A stretch of DNA of 64,000 nt from Octopus sinensis (lineage: Eukaryota): NCBI RefSeq assembly GCF_006345805.1, contig NC_043003.1, forward strand, positions 50,220,001 to 50,284,000, read 5' to 3'. Positions 1 through 13,089 of the stretch are shown one piece after another. Position 1 is the stretch's first letter; every line of letters starts with the position of its first letter. The translations under genes were made by a program, and so were the position numbers. The notes beneath the pieces are model-generated. The model was not told the DNA's origin. It saw only the letters and a list, made by a program, of their open reading frames with translations, and did not search any database.

Positions 1-190
1 ACACCCCGGACGAAATGCTTAGCGTCATTTCGTCCATCTCTACGTTCTAAGTTCAAATTAAGCCGAGCTTGACATTGTCTTTTATCCTTTCGAGGGTTGA
101 TAGAATAAGTACCGGTTGAGAACTGGGGTCGATGTAATCGACTTAACCCCTGCCCCAAAATTGCTGTCTTTGTGCCAAAATTTATAACCA
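1..190 (+). mobile_element. tRNA-derived SINE, family 1 (Deu/Nin-domain-like), cut by the window edge
   Basis: Matches the full copy at 35122 (cgaaatgcttagcg...gttcaaatt...tttatcctttcgagggttgatagaataagtacc). Tail type is aaaattgctg..ttgtgccaaaattt. Confidence 0.8.
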
Positions 191-3113
191 ATTTGTAAAG
201 CAAACAGAAAGGTCCCCGCTTTTATGTCGAGAAAGAATGCAACACAGTTTCAATTTCTGGTTTAATATATTGCACTTCACTCAAACTCTTGAATGTTCCA
301 GGAAAAGAAATTTAAGTCACAACAGCTCCGTTCTCTAACGTAAAAAAAGATTTAGATTCCGATTGGCAAGTGAGTTTCATTGACCGATATATAAGCTTCT
401 GGCAAATAAACTCTGACCACTGAGTTCAATTTTCCGTTGCAATAATGCATTTTCACTTATGTCGGTAATACTACTGAAAAACGTTTGAATATAACAGCTT
501 TCCATTTTCCGACTTCGATTGGCAGGCCTTGTAGAGCAAAATTTAGAATTCAAAGAAGCTATTAATGACCTGTGTTGGCAACAATTACAACATATAAGAC
601 TTTGTAGAATTGTTCAATAAGTCAAACTGTTGTGAGAACTTGTCTTTAGTGTAAAAGCGAGATAAACAGAGAACGTGTGGCTGTTTACTTTTCGTCGGGA
701 AGTGACAACAATTAAACCTATAGAACTCTTCTAGTGGATATTGTACCTTATCAAAGATATCAAATAAGAAATCTCTTTGTATTAGAAATCAATAATTTAC
801 ATATGTTAGAAATCAATATTTCATCTCTCTCACGTTAGCAAGATAAGTATAACCTTAATTTCTTTTTATATACGGAAACAGAAAGAAAGAGAGTGGCTAT
901 TTGTTTTATATTAAAGGAAAAATGAAATAATGGGATGTTTCCGTCTTTCCAAAAGGCTTTCGAAACAAAAGTAAAATAAAAGAATTGAAACAGTCTCGAT
1001 CTTAGTTTATAGGTTCCTATATACGTATCTTAGTGAAGCTCGCCATTACAGTTTTGATGTGCGTAATTAAATTTCATGTCCTTTCTCGAAACGATATTAA
1101 TTACCTAACCACCAACAGAATTGGTATTTTTTGTTTCTACAGTACTCTTTGCAGTATCTTCTGTAGGTATGGTTCTCATATCCATCACTATAAGTATCTG
1201 ATCCTTCCTCTGTAAAGAGATATCTGACTAATGGGGAAAAAATTAAATCTGAAAAATTGCTTTTTGCAAAATGCCTCACAGAGGGTGTCTTCGCTTCTCA
1301 CAGCGTTAGGAAAGCCGTCGAGTAAAATCGCTTTCCGCAGTTAACGATAATAAAATTTTCAGCGGATAGATTCGTTTTCCGCGTTGAAAGAGCTAATAAA
1401 AATCGTCGGCATTTCTTATTTATGGGTATCCATAGATTAGTTTTGCTATTAAATTCTGTGATGAGAAGGATGCAAGTTGTGAAATTTATATTTTCGGAAA
1501 AACTGCATCATAACAAGTACGATATAATATAAATAACCAGAAATAGAAAACCTTGTAACGGATTCCTTTTGCCAGGAATCTACTTCGACAGAACTGGAAC
1601 ATATCATTAAAAAAAGTTCAGAAAACACAGAACAATATTTTTGTAAACGATAGATGTAATATATTGTGTTGCTTCATTTTCACAAAAGACTTTAGGACAA
1701 CTCAAATATTGCTCAAATTAGAATTGACTCTACTGCACAATCAATTGGCTGTGGCATCCAACATCTAAAAATACATTGACTTCTAATTCTAATTTCTGCA
1801 CAGTATCACATATTTATAGAGAAAGGGTGTATAGTCTAATTTGAATTGATCCACAACATGACGTCTATATATTTTATCGATTCTCTGAGGGATCAAAGAT
1901 GCGGTCAATTCCGGCGTGTTTTGAAGATGGACGAAAATAAATACTGTAACCCGTTTAGGCCTCACAAAACTATTTCTTCCACTTCACCACCTCCATAACT
2001 TAAATCAATTCTTTTACTCTTTCACTAGTTTCAGCCACTAAACTATAGTCATGCCAGGGTATACCTTTAAGACAGTGTTTCTCAAACGTTTTGAACTATC
2101 ACCCCTTTCCTTCTACATTTTTCCAAAGTTCACTTCCCAAGAGTCAACGCCTCCGCTCTACTTTTAATGTGTGTGTATGTTTGTGCGTATATAATATACG
2201 TAGAAATAGGCCAGAGTAATTTAAATCTGAATCCTGGTTTGACGTAACTATTTGATGCATATTCTTTGTACTTCATATATACTCCACGCATGAAGTACCT
2301 GTTGGACTTTAGCTTTATACTCTGATTTCTGGCTGCATTTTTTCCATGTTCGTACATGCTTATTGATTTGTCTGCAAACATGCGAATTTATGTACGTCTC
2401 AAGTCTATTTACATATATATAGATTATGAGTTGAACAAATGACACTCATAGCTAGAGTCAAAAACGTCGAAGCATATATGCAGTCACCACCATTACATAA
2501 CTCTACAAATGCCGTGACCGTCTTTATTGCGTATATGCAAAACCCCAAATATTTTGAGAGTGCATTTTAAATCATATTTAATGCCAAGACGGACGCCTTG
2601 CCGTAATTGTTCTGGTTCCTTGCTCTCTGAATTACAGGTCAACAATGTCCTGAAGATTGACTAAATCACCTGGTTTAACAGCCTAATCTGATGACTGGGT
2701 TCCTTAACAAAGTCTACTGTGTTGCAGACATATAGCCCAGGTCTCCGGGTTGAGGATATCTTCCTCCAGTCCTCTCACCAATGTCACAAATCTTGTAATG
2801 GGTCATGGGGATACCGTCTTCCCTCATGGTTAAACGAAAAGGCGCTCGAACGCACACACATACACACATGCACACACATATACGCATGCACACACATACA
2901 CACACACACTCATAATATATAATTGTTAACTACTGTTACAGAAAAACTTCAAACCTGATGCAGAAATTGCTGTTTTGAACTAATACCACCTCTGCTACTC
3001 ATAACGAATGCAATTCAGTCTGCCGGCTAATTATGATGTTACTAACTTTTCAATATCTTTTCTGTATCAATAGCGGCTGATTTTTGTTTTACTAAGTGGT
3101 TGCTAATGGGTAC

Positions 3114-3158
3114 TTGTTACTGACGAAGCTCAAGGAAGCAGAAATACGTCTTTAATAA
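3114..3158 (+). ncRNA. Degenerate type I hammerhead-ribozyme motif in a PLE pLTR-like fragment
   Basis: TTGTTA-CTGACGA-A-GCT-caagga-AGC-A-GAAA-TACGTC-TT-TAATAA. Stem I is 6 bp with one G-U; stem III is a near-palindrome. The fragment ends at a (TA)n tract near 3193. Confidence 0.6.
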
Positions 3159-4379
3159 TGCCACCACTGTTGCTGGAAGATTTTCATCTGTTATATATAT
3201 ATATATTTTTTTTTTAACACTATAGTCTATAAGAGATGTTATCTCGAGGCGAATATCACAGTTTATTAGGCTTTAAAGACATGTATACTGTATGTATGAT
3301 ACTCAGAATACCATTTAAAACTAATATTGCTTCTGTCACCACGAACAAACATCTGTCATCTCAGAGTTGCATAGTCTGAAGCAACACCCTATGATCTTAA
3401 GAAACTCTCAGAGATCACTGATGATGCATCCCAGAGCATCCATGAGATGTATCTTGGAACGTGTGATTACACAATTGTTCAAGATTCGCCGAGGTGAAAT
3501 CAGATACTGAGTCACAGTGTTACAAAGCAAATATTTTATGAACATAAGCCAAGACTCTACCATGCAATATATACGAACATTTTTACAATTAATAATAATA
3601 CTGTGGCTATTTATGCATACATTGATATATGTAAATGTAAACGCAAATTCATGAAAATCTACACAATTCATATTTAGATAAGGAAAAATATTTATCGCTA
3701 TTGGCAAGCGTGACAAAAATAGCTACACAAACAAGATCAGACTATGGCAACAATGAGGAAAAAGAAGGATAAAATTAGTCCAGACAGATTTTCTGTAATG
3801 ATCAGAAAGTTTCTGTAAATTTACCAAAGATAGAATTGAAATGATAAGAAATATATTCATAAGTAGACTGATTTGATCTATCTCTCTATCTATCAATCTA
3901 TCAATCTATATATCGTTTTATATACATACATATACATATACATAGACACACACACACAAGCACACATACATACACATACACACACAGACACACACACACA
4001 CATATATATATATATAGAGAGAGAGATGTTTCTGTATACATGTATGTATATAACTTTTTGTATGTATGTGTGTGTGTGCGTGTGCATGAGTGTGTGTGCA
4101 TGCGCGCATTTGCGTGTGTACATATAGGTATATGAACATCTCTCTATATGTATATGCATATAGATATGTATATATACACGCATATGTAAATATGTGTGTA
4201 TATGTACATGCTTGTATGTATGTGTATGTGCATATCTATGCGTATATATATATGTATATATACATATGCACATTCATATATATGTGCATATATATGCATA
4301 TGTAAATATGTTTCTCCCTCTCTCTCTTTATCTATATATCCATATATATCTATATCTATATATCTATCTATATACATAT

Positions 4380-4425
<46 letters not shown>

Positions 4426-4999
4426 CCATGTATGTGTACATATATAAATAAGTATGAAGTATGTCATATGTAAGTATGCGTGTGCATATCAGTACACATA
4501 TATAGATGAAACGGGTATGTATATCTACGCAATCCTATGACGCATGAAAGGTTACACCTTTCTGTAAGTTTTTATGCAAATATATTGATTATTACATATA
4601 ACCCCAAAGTCAAGCGAGTGTTCTTTTCTCTGTAATTTATTTTCTCTGAAATTTTTTTCTATCATTTATCTTTTATTTGCGTTTTATGATATTCAATACT
4701 AGTAAATCAGGCAGACGCTTACATAACTAGAGATACCCACCGCTCGTATGTTCATCAAGTTAAAGCAAACGGATAAATACACACACATATACACACATAC
4801 ATGCTTGAGGGAAGTTTGTTTAGATTAATACAAAACACACACATACACTCACGTGTATAATGTTATGTAACTATAGCTCATATGAATAGAAACTTGAAAA
4901 TAACCGTATGTGTGTGTTAGTCGGAAACTTATCGTGACTGGTATATGTATTCAAAACAAGAAATGTTCTTTGACCATATATACTTGCAAACAAAAACCA

Positions 5000-5640
5000 A
5001 GAATTTATGTATCACCCTGTAAATATCTGATAAATATAACGCAAAAAATATCTTATACAAAAAAAAAAAAAACTAGCCACATCTCATTAAATAACATAAC
5101 CACAGAAAACTAGGCCTCCAATCTAAAAACAGATCGGATTGAGGACAGCCTTTATCACCCTTAAGTATCATAAAACCAACTTGCTCCGGAACTCTGAAAA
5201 CAACTTAATCAAACTGTCCACAAACTATTTGCAAGTGCAGTCGCAATGAAGTTCACCTTATAAGTAGTGCGAGACTAGGTTATGAAATTTGCAGTGCTAC
5301 CTTTGTTCAATGGTTACTTTGTATTAAGACAAATTCTCTCGCTTCTCACGAAAACCCTGCAATTCGGAAGATACTCCCTACCACCACTGATCTTAATACC
5401 AGAATATCAAGGATCACTTGGCGTCTCAACAGAAGGATGTGGCAGACGGGAAGTAGCAGATCTTGTAGGACTGTTCAGCCGAGACCATTTGAAATCGTAT
5501 CAACCTTTCCTAGGTTCCGGAATGTACAGAAATGACGGCTTCGCAATCTCATACATGAACTGCTACGCAACGGATAGCGTTAGAAGAGACCTAATAAAAA
5601 TATTTAAAGCTTTCAACAACCAAATAATAACTGAATTCTT
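5000..5640 (+). pseudogene. Decayed Penelope-like reverse transcriptase fragment (copy 1)
   Basis: Translated motifs DRIE, AFITLKYHK, EVADLVGLF, GMYRNDGFAI and RRDLIKIFK match the PLE RT motifs DRIE/AFITLKDHK/EVCELVGLY/GLYRDDGL. Frameshifted; the catalytic DD reads ND. Confidence 0.85.
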
Positions 5641-5769
5641 GAACATAAGAGTAAATGAGCGGAACAGCAACTAGGTTCTTAATAAATATACGTACAGTCT
5701 AATATATCGATTACTTAATTCTATCGCTTTCTAACAAACGTGTTTGCGTGTGTATACATACATGTATAC

Positions 5770-5914
<145 letters not shown>

Positions 5915-5963
5915 ATATCTATATATCTATCTATATACATATACATATACATACACACACACA

Positions 5964-5995
<32 letters not shown>

Positions 5996-6567
5996 CCATG
6001 TATGTGTACATATATAAATAAGTATGAAGTATGTCATATGTAAGTATGCGTGTGCATATCAGTACACTATATAGATGAAACGGGTATGTATATCTACGCA
6101 ATCCTATGACGCATGAAAGGTTACACCTTTCTGTAAGTTTTTATGCAAATATATTGATTATTACATATAACCCCAAAGTCAAGCGAGTGTTCTTTTCTCT
6201 GTAATTATTTTCTCTGAAATTTTTTTCTATCATTTATCTTTTATTTGCGTTTTATGATATTCAATACTAGTAAATCAGGCAGACGCTTACATAACTAGAG
6301 ATACCCACCGCTCGTATGTTCATCAAGTTAAAGCAAACGGATAAATACACACACATATACACACATACATGCTTGAGGGAAGTTTGTTTAGATTAATACA
6401 AAACACACACATACACTCACGTGTATAATGTTATGTAACTATAGCTCATATGAATAGAAACTTGAAAATAACCGTATGTGTGTGTTAGTCGGAAACTTAT
6501 CGTGACTGGTATATGTATTCAAAACAAGAAATGTTCTTTGACCATATATACTTGCAAACAAAAACCA

Positions 6568-7208
6568 AGAATTTATGTATCACCCTGTAAATATCTGATA
6601 AATATAACGCAAAAAATATCTTATACAAAAAAAAAAAAAACTAGCCACATCTCATTAAATAACATAACCACAGAAAACTAGGCCTCCAATCTAAAAACAG
6701 ATCGGATTGAGGACAGCCTTTATCACCCTTAAGTATCATAAAACCAACTTGCTCCGGAACTCTGAAAACAACTTAATCAAACTGTCCACAAACTATTTGC
6801 AAGTGCAGTCGCAATGAAGTTCACCTTATAAGTAGTGCGAGACTAGGTTATGAAATTTGCAGTGCTACCTTTGTTCAATGGTTACTTTGTATTAAGACAA
6901 ATTCTCTCGCTTCTCACGAAAACCCTGCAATTCGGAAGATACTCCCTACCACCACTGATCTTAATACCAGAATATTAAGGATCACTTGGCGTCTCAACAG
7001 AAGGATGTGGCAGACGGGAAGTAGCAGATCTTGTAGGACTGTTCAGCCGAGACCATTTGAAATCGTATCAACCTTTCCTAGGTTCCGGAATGTACAGAAA
7101 TGACGGCTTCGCAATCTCATACATGAACTGCTACGTAACGGATAGCGTTAGAAGAGACCTAATAAAAATATTTAAAGCTTTCAACAACCAAATAATAACT
7201 GAATTCTT
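6568..7208 (+). pseudogene. Decayed Penelope-like RT fragment (copy 2, in the duplicated unit)
   Basis: Same motifs as 5000-5640, plus an extra CAA>TAA stop near 6976. Confidence 0.85.
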
Positions 7209-7337
7209 GAACATAAGAGTAAATGAGCGGAACAGCAACTAGGTTCTTAATAAATATACGTACAGTCTAATATATCGATTACTTAATTCTATCGCTTTCT
7301 AACAAACGTGTTTGCGTGTGTATACATACATGTATAC

Positions 7338-7396
<59 letters not shown>

Positions 7397-7437
7397 TGTA
7401 TGAGTGCATACATATATATGTATGCGTATATATATAC

Positions 7438-7496
<59 letters not shown>

Positions 7497-8383
7497 TATA
7501 CATATATATATACATATATATAATACATATATATAAATATATATATATGTACATATGTATACACACGCACGCACACGCACACACGCATCCCCTCACACAT
7601 CCCCATTAGTATATATCTTATCAAACGAAATATTAAGAGATATCTAATCTGTCAATATAAGTGATGCTTTCAAACGGAAATGTTAAAATGTAAAACTTTA
7701 ATATTGCTTGGTCACGCGTTGTTATTATTGTTGTTTTTGGTTCTTTCGTAATATTTTCTATTTTTCTAGAATGCATATATGCAAATACATACACACACAC
7801 ACATATACATACATACATGTATATATATATCTTTATATATATAAAACTGAGAATGTGTGTCTGTCTGTCTGTCTGTGTGTTTCCCTAAAACTTGAGAACT
7901 ACACAACCAATTTCATTCAAATTTTACACATGCCTTACTTAGGGTCCATGTATTTCATGGGCAAAAAAATGTTCAACTTCTTGCCTAGAGCGAGCCCATA
8001 GCAATATCATATCTTCTCCACTATTTCAGTATTACGTGTTAAAAGTGAAACAAAAACATTTCTCTATTTTATGTCAGATACTTTCACTTTAACAATAAAA
8101 ATAATAATAACAATTGAATTATATGTAGTAAGTTATAATTAAAATCAAACTAAAGTATAATATAATCGTAACATAAAAAAAAGTAAAAATAGCAATTGGT
8201 ATAAAATTGCATCAATGACTTGAACTTGAATAAGTGGTTTCACATGAATGGTAATAAATTAAAAATAAAATTAGCGTGCAGAAATGGAATAGTCCAGATG
8301 GATAATAAAAAATGAAATTAAAGAAAAGACTATTGTCTATAAAGTATACAATGTAGAGAAAAAAGGTCGCGTTTTTTCGGCTC

Positions 8384-10023
8384 CGTGTTTTTTTACGCTC
8401 GTAAAATTCGGTAAAGAAAGAGTTGTTGTTGTTGTGGAGGTTTTTGAACGGCGTTGGGGCGGTTTCGCGTTCCACTGGTTCTGCGCGTTGCACTTTTTCG
8501 GTTCGGGAGGCCGTTTTTCGGTCTGAGGCGATTATGAGCCGCCTCCATCAAACGGAGAGATGGAAGGGAGAAATTTCTCTGAAATTTCGACGGAAGGTAT
8601 CGACATCTGAGGAGGAGTTGGCGGTGAAAAAGATGGAAGGCACCTACGCAGGTGTAACGAAGAAGTCAACGGAAAGAGAGATAGACCTGGCTAAGTTGGC
8701 GGGCCTCCAGGAGTTTGTGAAGGAGGACGAGAACGGTGCAGTTGAGCTGCTGCCTCCAGTAGGGCGCGGAGACTGGTTCCATAGCGTAGAACCATTAAAT
8801 ATAAAGTATTTATGAATGGAGGTAGAAAGATGGAAGTAGTTAACATGGAAGCATTGAAGAGGCTCTCAAGCAGACAGGAGAGGAAATTGTGTACATGACA
8901 AAAGGATTACAATACGGAACCGTAACGGTGCAATTTAAAAGTGAAAAAGTAGCCAGGAATGTAGCAGCCAAGGTGGTGAGTACAGAAAAGATTTACTTGT
9001 TACCCTCGTATCTGAATAGGCGGACAACCAGAATTAGGGTGGAAGGAATACCTCCACACCTAGAGGGCGAATTAATAACGGCTGCGGTTATAAAAGGAAA
9101 TGAAGATAAAGTGGACATCCTCCACGCCATTATGAAGTATGAAGGCGTGAGAGGTGCACACTAGTTATGAACATTCAAACGGAGGCGGATGTTATAGAGA
9201 GGATTACGGACAGCATAAAAACTGGAAATATTATTATGAGAGTGTGTGGGGAGGGTAGGGCGCCCAGGTGCTACAAGTGTGGCCAAAGGGGTCACATAAG
9301 AGCCTACTACTGCCCTCCCCCACCAAAGAAAAAAAAAGGAAAGCGTTGAGGAAGCCTCAGGAGAGGAAGAAAATAAAACAGAAACAAACAGAGAAGAAAA
9401 CGACAGAAGAAGAGAGATGCAACAAGAGTGGAAAGAAGGGGGAACAAAGAGAAAAAGAAGAAAAAGAAAACTGAAAAACTGCCCGAACCCCAACCCACCC
9501 GACACACCCATACCTTGGAGTCCCATCCTTCCCCTGCATACAGTGATTCCACCCCTCCCCGCCTACAAGAAAATCAAAAACAGACACACAGAGCAAAGAA
9601 AGTCCCAAGACCCATTTTTTATGTGTTATACATGGGAAAGACATACAAAACGTTAAAAAACGGGTGTTTACCAAGTGGTACGAACACGAAGATTGTAGCT
9701 ACACGGCTGTGGATAGTGATGATACGGGTATATTGGCGAGAAGGTTTGAGGAAGAGGGTGTGTGTTGTGGAGTCAGTGGAAATGAAAGATGAATGGATAG
9801 AGATGGCTAAAAGAAAAACGAATGTTGTGATAGGAAAAAAAGGAATACTAATTGGAAATGGTGAAGAAGGATAGATAAGTGATGCTGGCGGATGGGGCCG
9901 TCGGTATCACTCTCATATACCATTTTCATATTCCATTTTGCTCATATATATGTAATTGTGATTCTATGTCCCCAATGTTTGTAATGTCCCCTCTATGTAG
10001 CCCCTAGTGGGTAATAAAAAATA
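8384..10023 (+). mobile_element. ORF1-only non-LTR retroelement copy 1 (frameshifted RRM-like/CCHC gag-like ORF, no RT)
   Basis: ORF pieces 8423-8815, 8889-9164 and 9167-9349 join into one protein ending GRAPRCYKCGQRGHIRAY(Y)C, then K/E-rich and P-rich tails. A short 3' UTR ends GTGGGTAATAAAAAATA. Confidence 0.8.
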
Positions 10024-10024
10024 A

Positions 10025-11688
10025 CGCGTTTTTTTGCGCTATGTAAAATTCGGTTAAAAAGAAAAAACAAAAAATGTGAATTGTGGTTGCGGAATTGGAA
10101 CGTCGGTTGGTGCGGTTTCGTGTCGCACTGGTTCTGTGCGTCGCACGTTTTCTGTTCGGGAGGCCGTTTTTCGGCTGAGGCGACTATGAACCGCCTCTAC
10201 CAAACGGATGAGATGGAGGGAGAAATTTCTCTGAAAATTCGTCGACATCTGAGGAGGAGTTGGCGGTAAAAAAATGAAAGCACCTATGCAGGTATAACGA
10301 AGAAGTCAACAGAAAAAGAGATAGACCTGGCTAAGTTGACGGACTTCCAGGAGTTCATGAAGGAGGAGGAGAACGGAGAGGTTGAGCTGTTGCCTCTAGC
10401 AGGGCGCGGAGACTGGTTCCATCGTAGAACCATTAAATATAAAGTATTTATGAATGGAGGTAGAAAAATGGAAGTGATTAACATGGAAGCAATTGAAGAG
10501 GCTTTCAAACGGACAGGAGAAGAAATTGTGTACATGACAAAAGGATTAGAATATGGAACCATAACGGTACAATTTAAAAGTGAGAAAGCAGCCAGGAATA
10601 TAGCAGCCAAGGTGGTGAGTACAGAAAAGTTTTACTTGTTCCCCTCGTATTTGAATAGAAGGACCACCAGAATTAGGGTGGAAGGAATACCTCCACACCT
10701 AGAGGGCGAATTAATAACGGCTGCGGTTATCAAGGAAATGAAGATAAAGTGGACATCCTCCACGCCATTATGAAATATGAAGGCGTGAGAGATGCCACAC
10801 TAGTAATGAACATACAGACGGAGGCGGAAGTTATAGAAAAGCTTACGGACAGTATAAAAACTGGAAATATTATTATGAGAGTGTGGGTGGAGGGTAGGGC
10901 GCCCAGGTGCTACAAGTGTGGCATGAGGGGTCACATAAGAGCCTACTGCCCTCCACCACTAAAGGAAAAAGAAAAGGAAATCGTCGCGGAAGCCCCAAAA
11001 GAGGAAGAAACCAAAGAGAACCAAAGGGAAAAAAAACGACAGAAGAAGAGGAGATGCAACAAGAGTGGGAAGAAGGACGAAAAAAGAGAAAAAGAAAGAA
11101 AAAGAAAAACTGTGCGAAGCCCCAACCCACCCCAACACCACCCGCACCCTCTGAATCCCACCTTCCCTGCAGACAGTGAACCCACCCGCTCCCTTCCAAC
11201 AAGAAAACAAAGAAAAATAACAATACAGACAGACAAGAGTTGAAAACGAACCCAGGCCGAACATTTATATTGTGACTGAACAGAAAGAGTTTGAAAGGGT
11301 AATGGAGGAGTATGAATGGTATGAAATGGATGGGACCAGATATGCAGTGCTGGAAAAGAAGAATATAGATGAGTTTGTGTTGAGGTGTGAAAGGGAGAAT
11401 TGGGAGGTGAAAGATACAAGAATGAGCGATGAATTCGTGGAATATATGGAGGACAGTTTCGGAGTAAGAATGGATATGGATGGTCTTCGTATTGGGAATG
11501 AACATTCAGGTGACAGTGAAAACAAAAGGACAGGTAAGTGATGCTGGCGGAAGGGGCCGTTAGCATCGCTTTCATATTATCATTTTTTCATTTTCATTTG
11601 CTCATAAATTTAATCATATTGTTCTATGTCCCCCATGTTTTGTTATGTCCGCCATTCTTCGTAGCCCCTGGTGGGTAATAAAGAAATA
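10025..11688 (+). mobile_element. ORF1-only non-LTR retroelement copy 2 (diverged paralog, head-to-tail with copy 1)
   Basis: ORF pieces 10336-10773 and 10749-11243 carry the CX2CX4HX4C knuckle CYKCGMRGHIRAYC. 5' end and 3' tail match copy 1; the C-terminal region differs. Confidence 0.8.
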
Positions 11689-12212
11689 ACATGGAGGAAA
11701 GCACCTTCGAAAAGTGTCTTGGTGCGACCTTGAAAGTTATCTAATCAGAGGCGGTAAATTCGCCTCAATAGAAGCAAGGTTCGAGTCAACGGAGCGTGCA
11801 AGGGAGTACTCGACTCGAATTTGCAAAGTGGAAATATTTTATCTTTTACCTTTATAGCTGGGACGGAGGACGTCCCGGAAAAAAAAATTTTAAATGCCCC
11901 CTCCCCCAGAAGTAGAGGTAGGCTGGATTGTAGCCACACTTTTATACAAGGGGGAAGACAAGATACAATTGATCGAAATTACAAGAGACGGGCTAACAAT
12001 TCCAGTCTGTTATATATTTTGAGTATTGTTATCACTAGCGATATCAAGATATAACTTTGTATTTTGTATTTTATGTGTAGATGTATATATATAGATGTAC
12101 ATGTAATATGTACACACATATATATATATATACATATATATACATGCACTAGCACTATGACCCGGCAACGACGGGTCTTTAATGCTAGTATATATATATA
12201 TATATATATATA

Positions 12213-12290
12213 GTTAATCCTAACATGAAAACACCAAGAGAAAACACAACAACGCGAGGACGTGGAACAAATATGCTATTATTGGACGCT
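12213..12290 (-). mobile_element. Short PLE pLTR tail fragment inside (TA)n
   Basis: Homologous to 28040-28120 and to the reverse complement of 20905-20970. Confidence 0.7.
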
Positions 12291-12890
12291 ATATATATAT
12301 ATATATATATATATAAATTTCATTGCATGTATGTATATATGAGTGAGTGTGTATATTACTTAGTTTTCGACATTATGGGCATATTCATTTATATTGAACT
12401 ATTTTTATGTCACAATCAAATCAGACTAGTCAGCACATATGCCCACAGAAACAACACACACATACAGAGAGGGAGAGAGAGGGAGGGAGAGAGGGGGAGA
12501 GAGAGGGAGGGAGAGAGGGGTAGAGAGAGGGAGGGAGAGAGAGAAGAAGAGAAACAGTACAGACACATACACACACAGATGAGTCCGCATGCACTCATGC
12601 TTATATGAGCATGTGTACATACACAAACTCAAATACATAATATAGTGAGTTATTTTCACAAGTAATTAGTTGACAAAATCTCCCCCTAATACTCTTTAAA
12701 ATTTTAAATCAATCAACAAATGAGGAATTCATTAGAATGGTTCTGGTCTTGACAGTTAAATTGGTGAAAGTAACACACGTTTGTTGTTTATTAAACCTTG
12801 TCAGCAGAAATTATTCTACTCTTTCGGTATCATCAAGATTGATGAAGACATACATACATACATACATACATACATACATACGTACATGAG

Positions 12891-12934
<44 letters not shown>

Positions 12935-13089
12935 TATGTATGTGTGTGTGTGTGTGGATCCCTCTTAACGTTGTTATCTGATAAAATAAGTTTCATTCAG
13001 TAGGTCTAATAATACCAAACCATATCTGTTGACCTGGTTCCCGACCGTAGACTGCTCTTCAAAAGAACAGAAGGCGTTGTAATGTTCAA

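Larger units (their letters stand above)
7830..12188 (+). mobile_element. Putative non-autonomous Helitron enclosing two ORF1-only retroelements
   Basis: 5' end is A|TCTTTATATATATAAAA followed by (GTCT)n. 3' hairpin GACCCG-gcaacga-CGGGTC (12159-12177) lies 7 nt before CTAG|T. That the two ends belong to one element is inferred. Confidence 0.55.

Noticed and set aside
2073-2105. hAT-like TIR CAGTGTTTCTCAAAC
   Set aside because: Solo end without a partner TIR.
3418-3450. CTGATGA followed by a short TGC/GCA stem
   Set aside because: No GAAA or stem I partner; not a hammerhead.
3873-4467. ORFs rich in YI/HT/CV dipeptides, here and throughout the window
   Set aside because: These are translations of (TA)n, (CA)n and (TATG)n microsatellites, which lack stop codons.
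10873-11575. Two 210-aa minus-strand ORFs
   Set aside because: Antisense shadows of the purine-rich ORF1 element.
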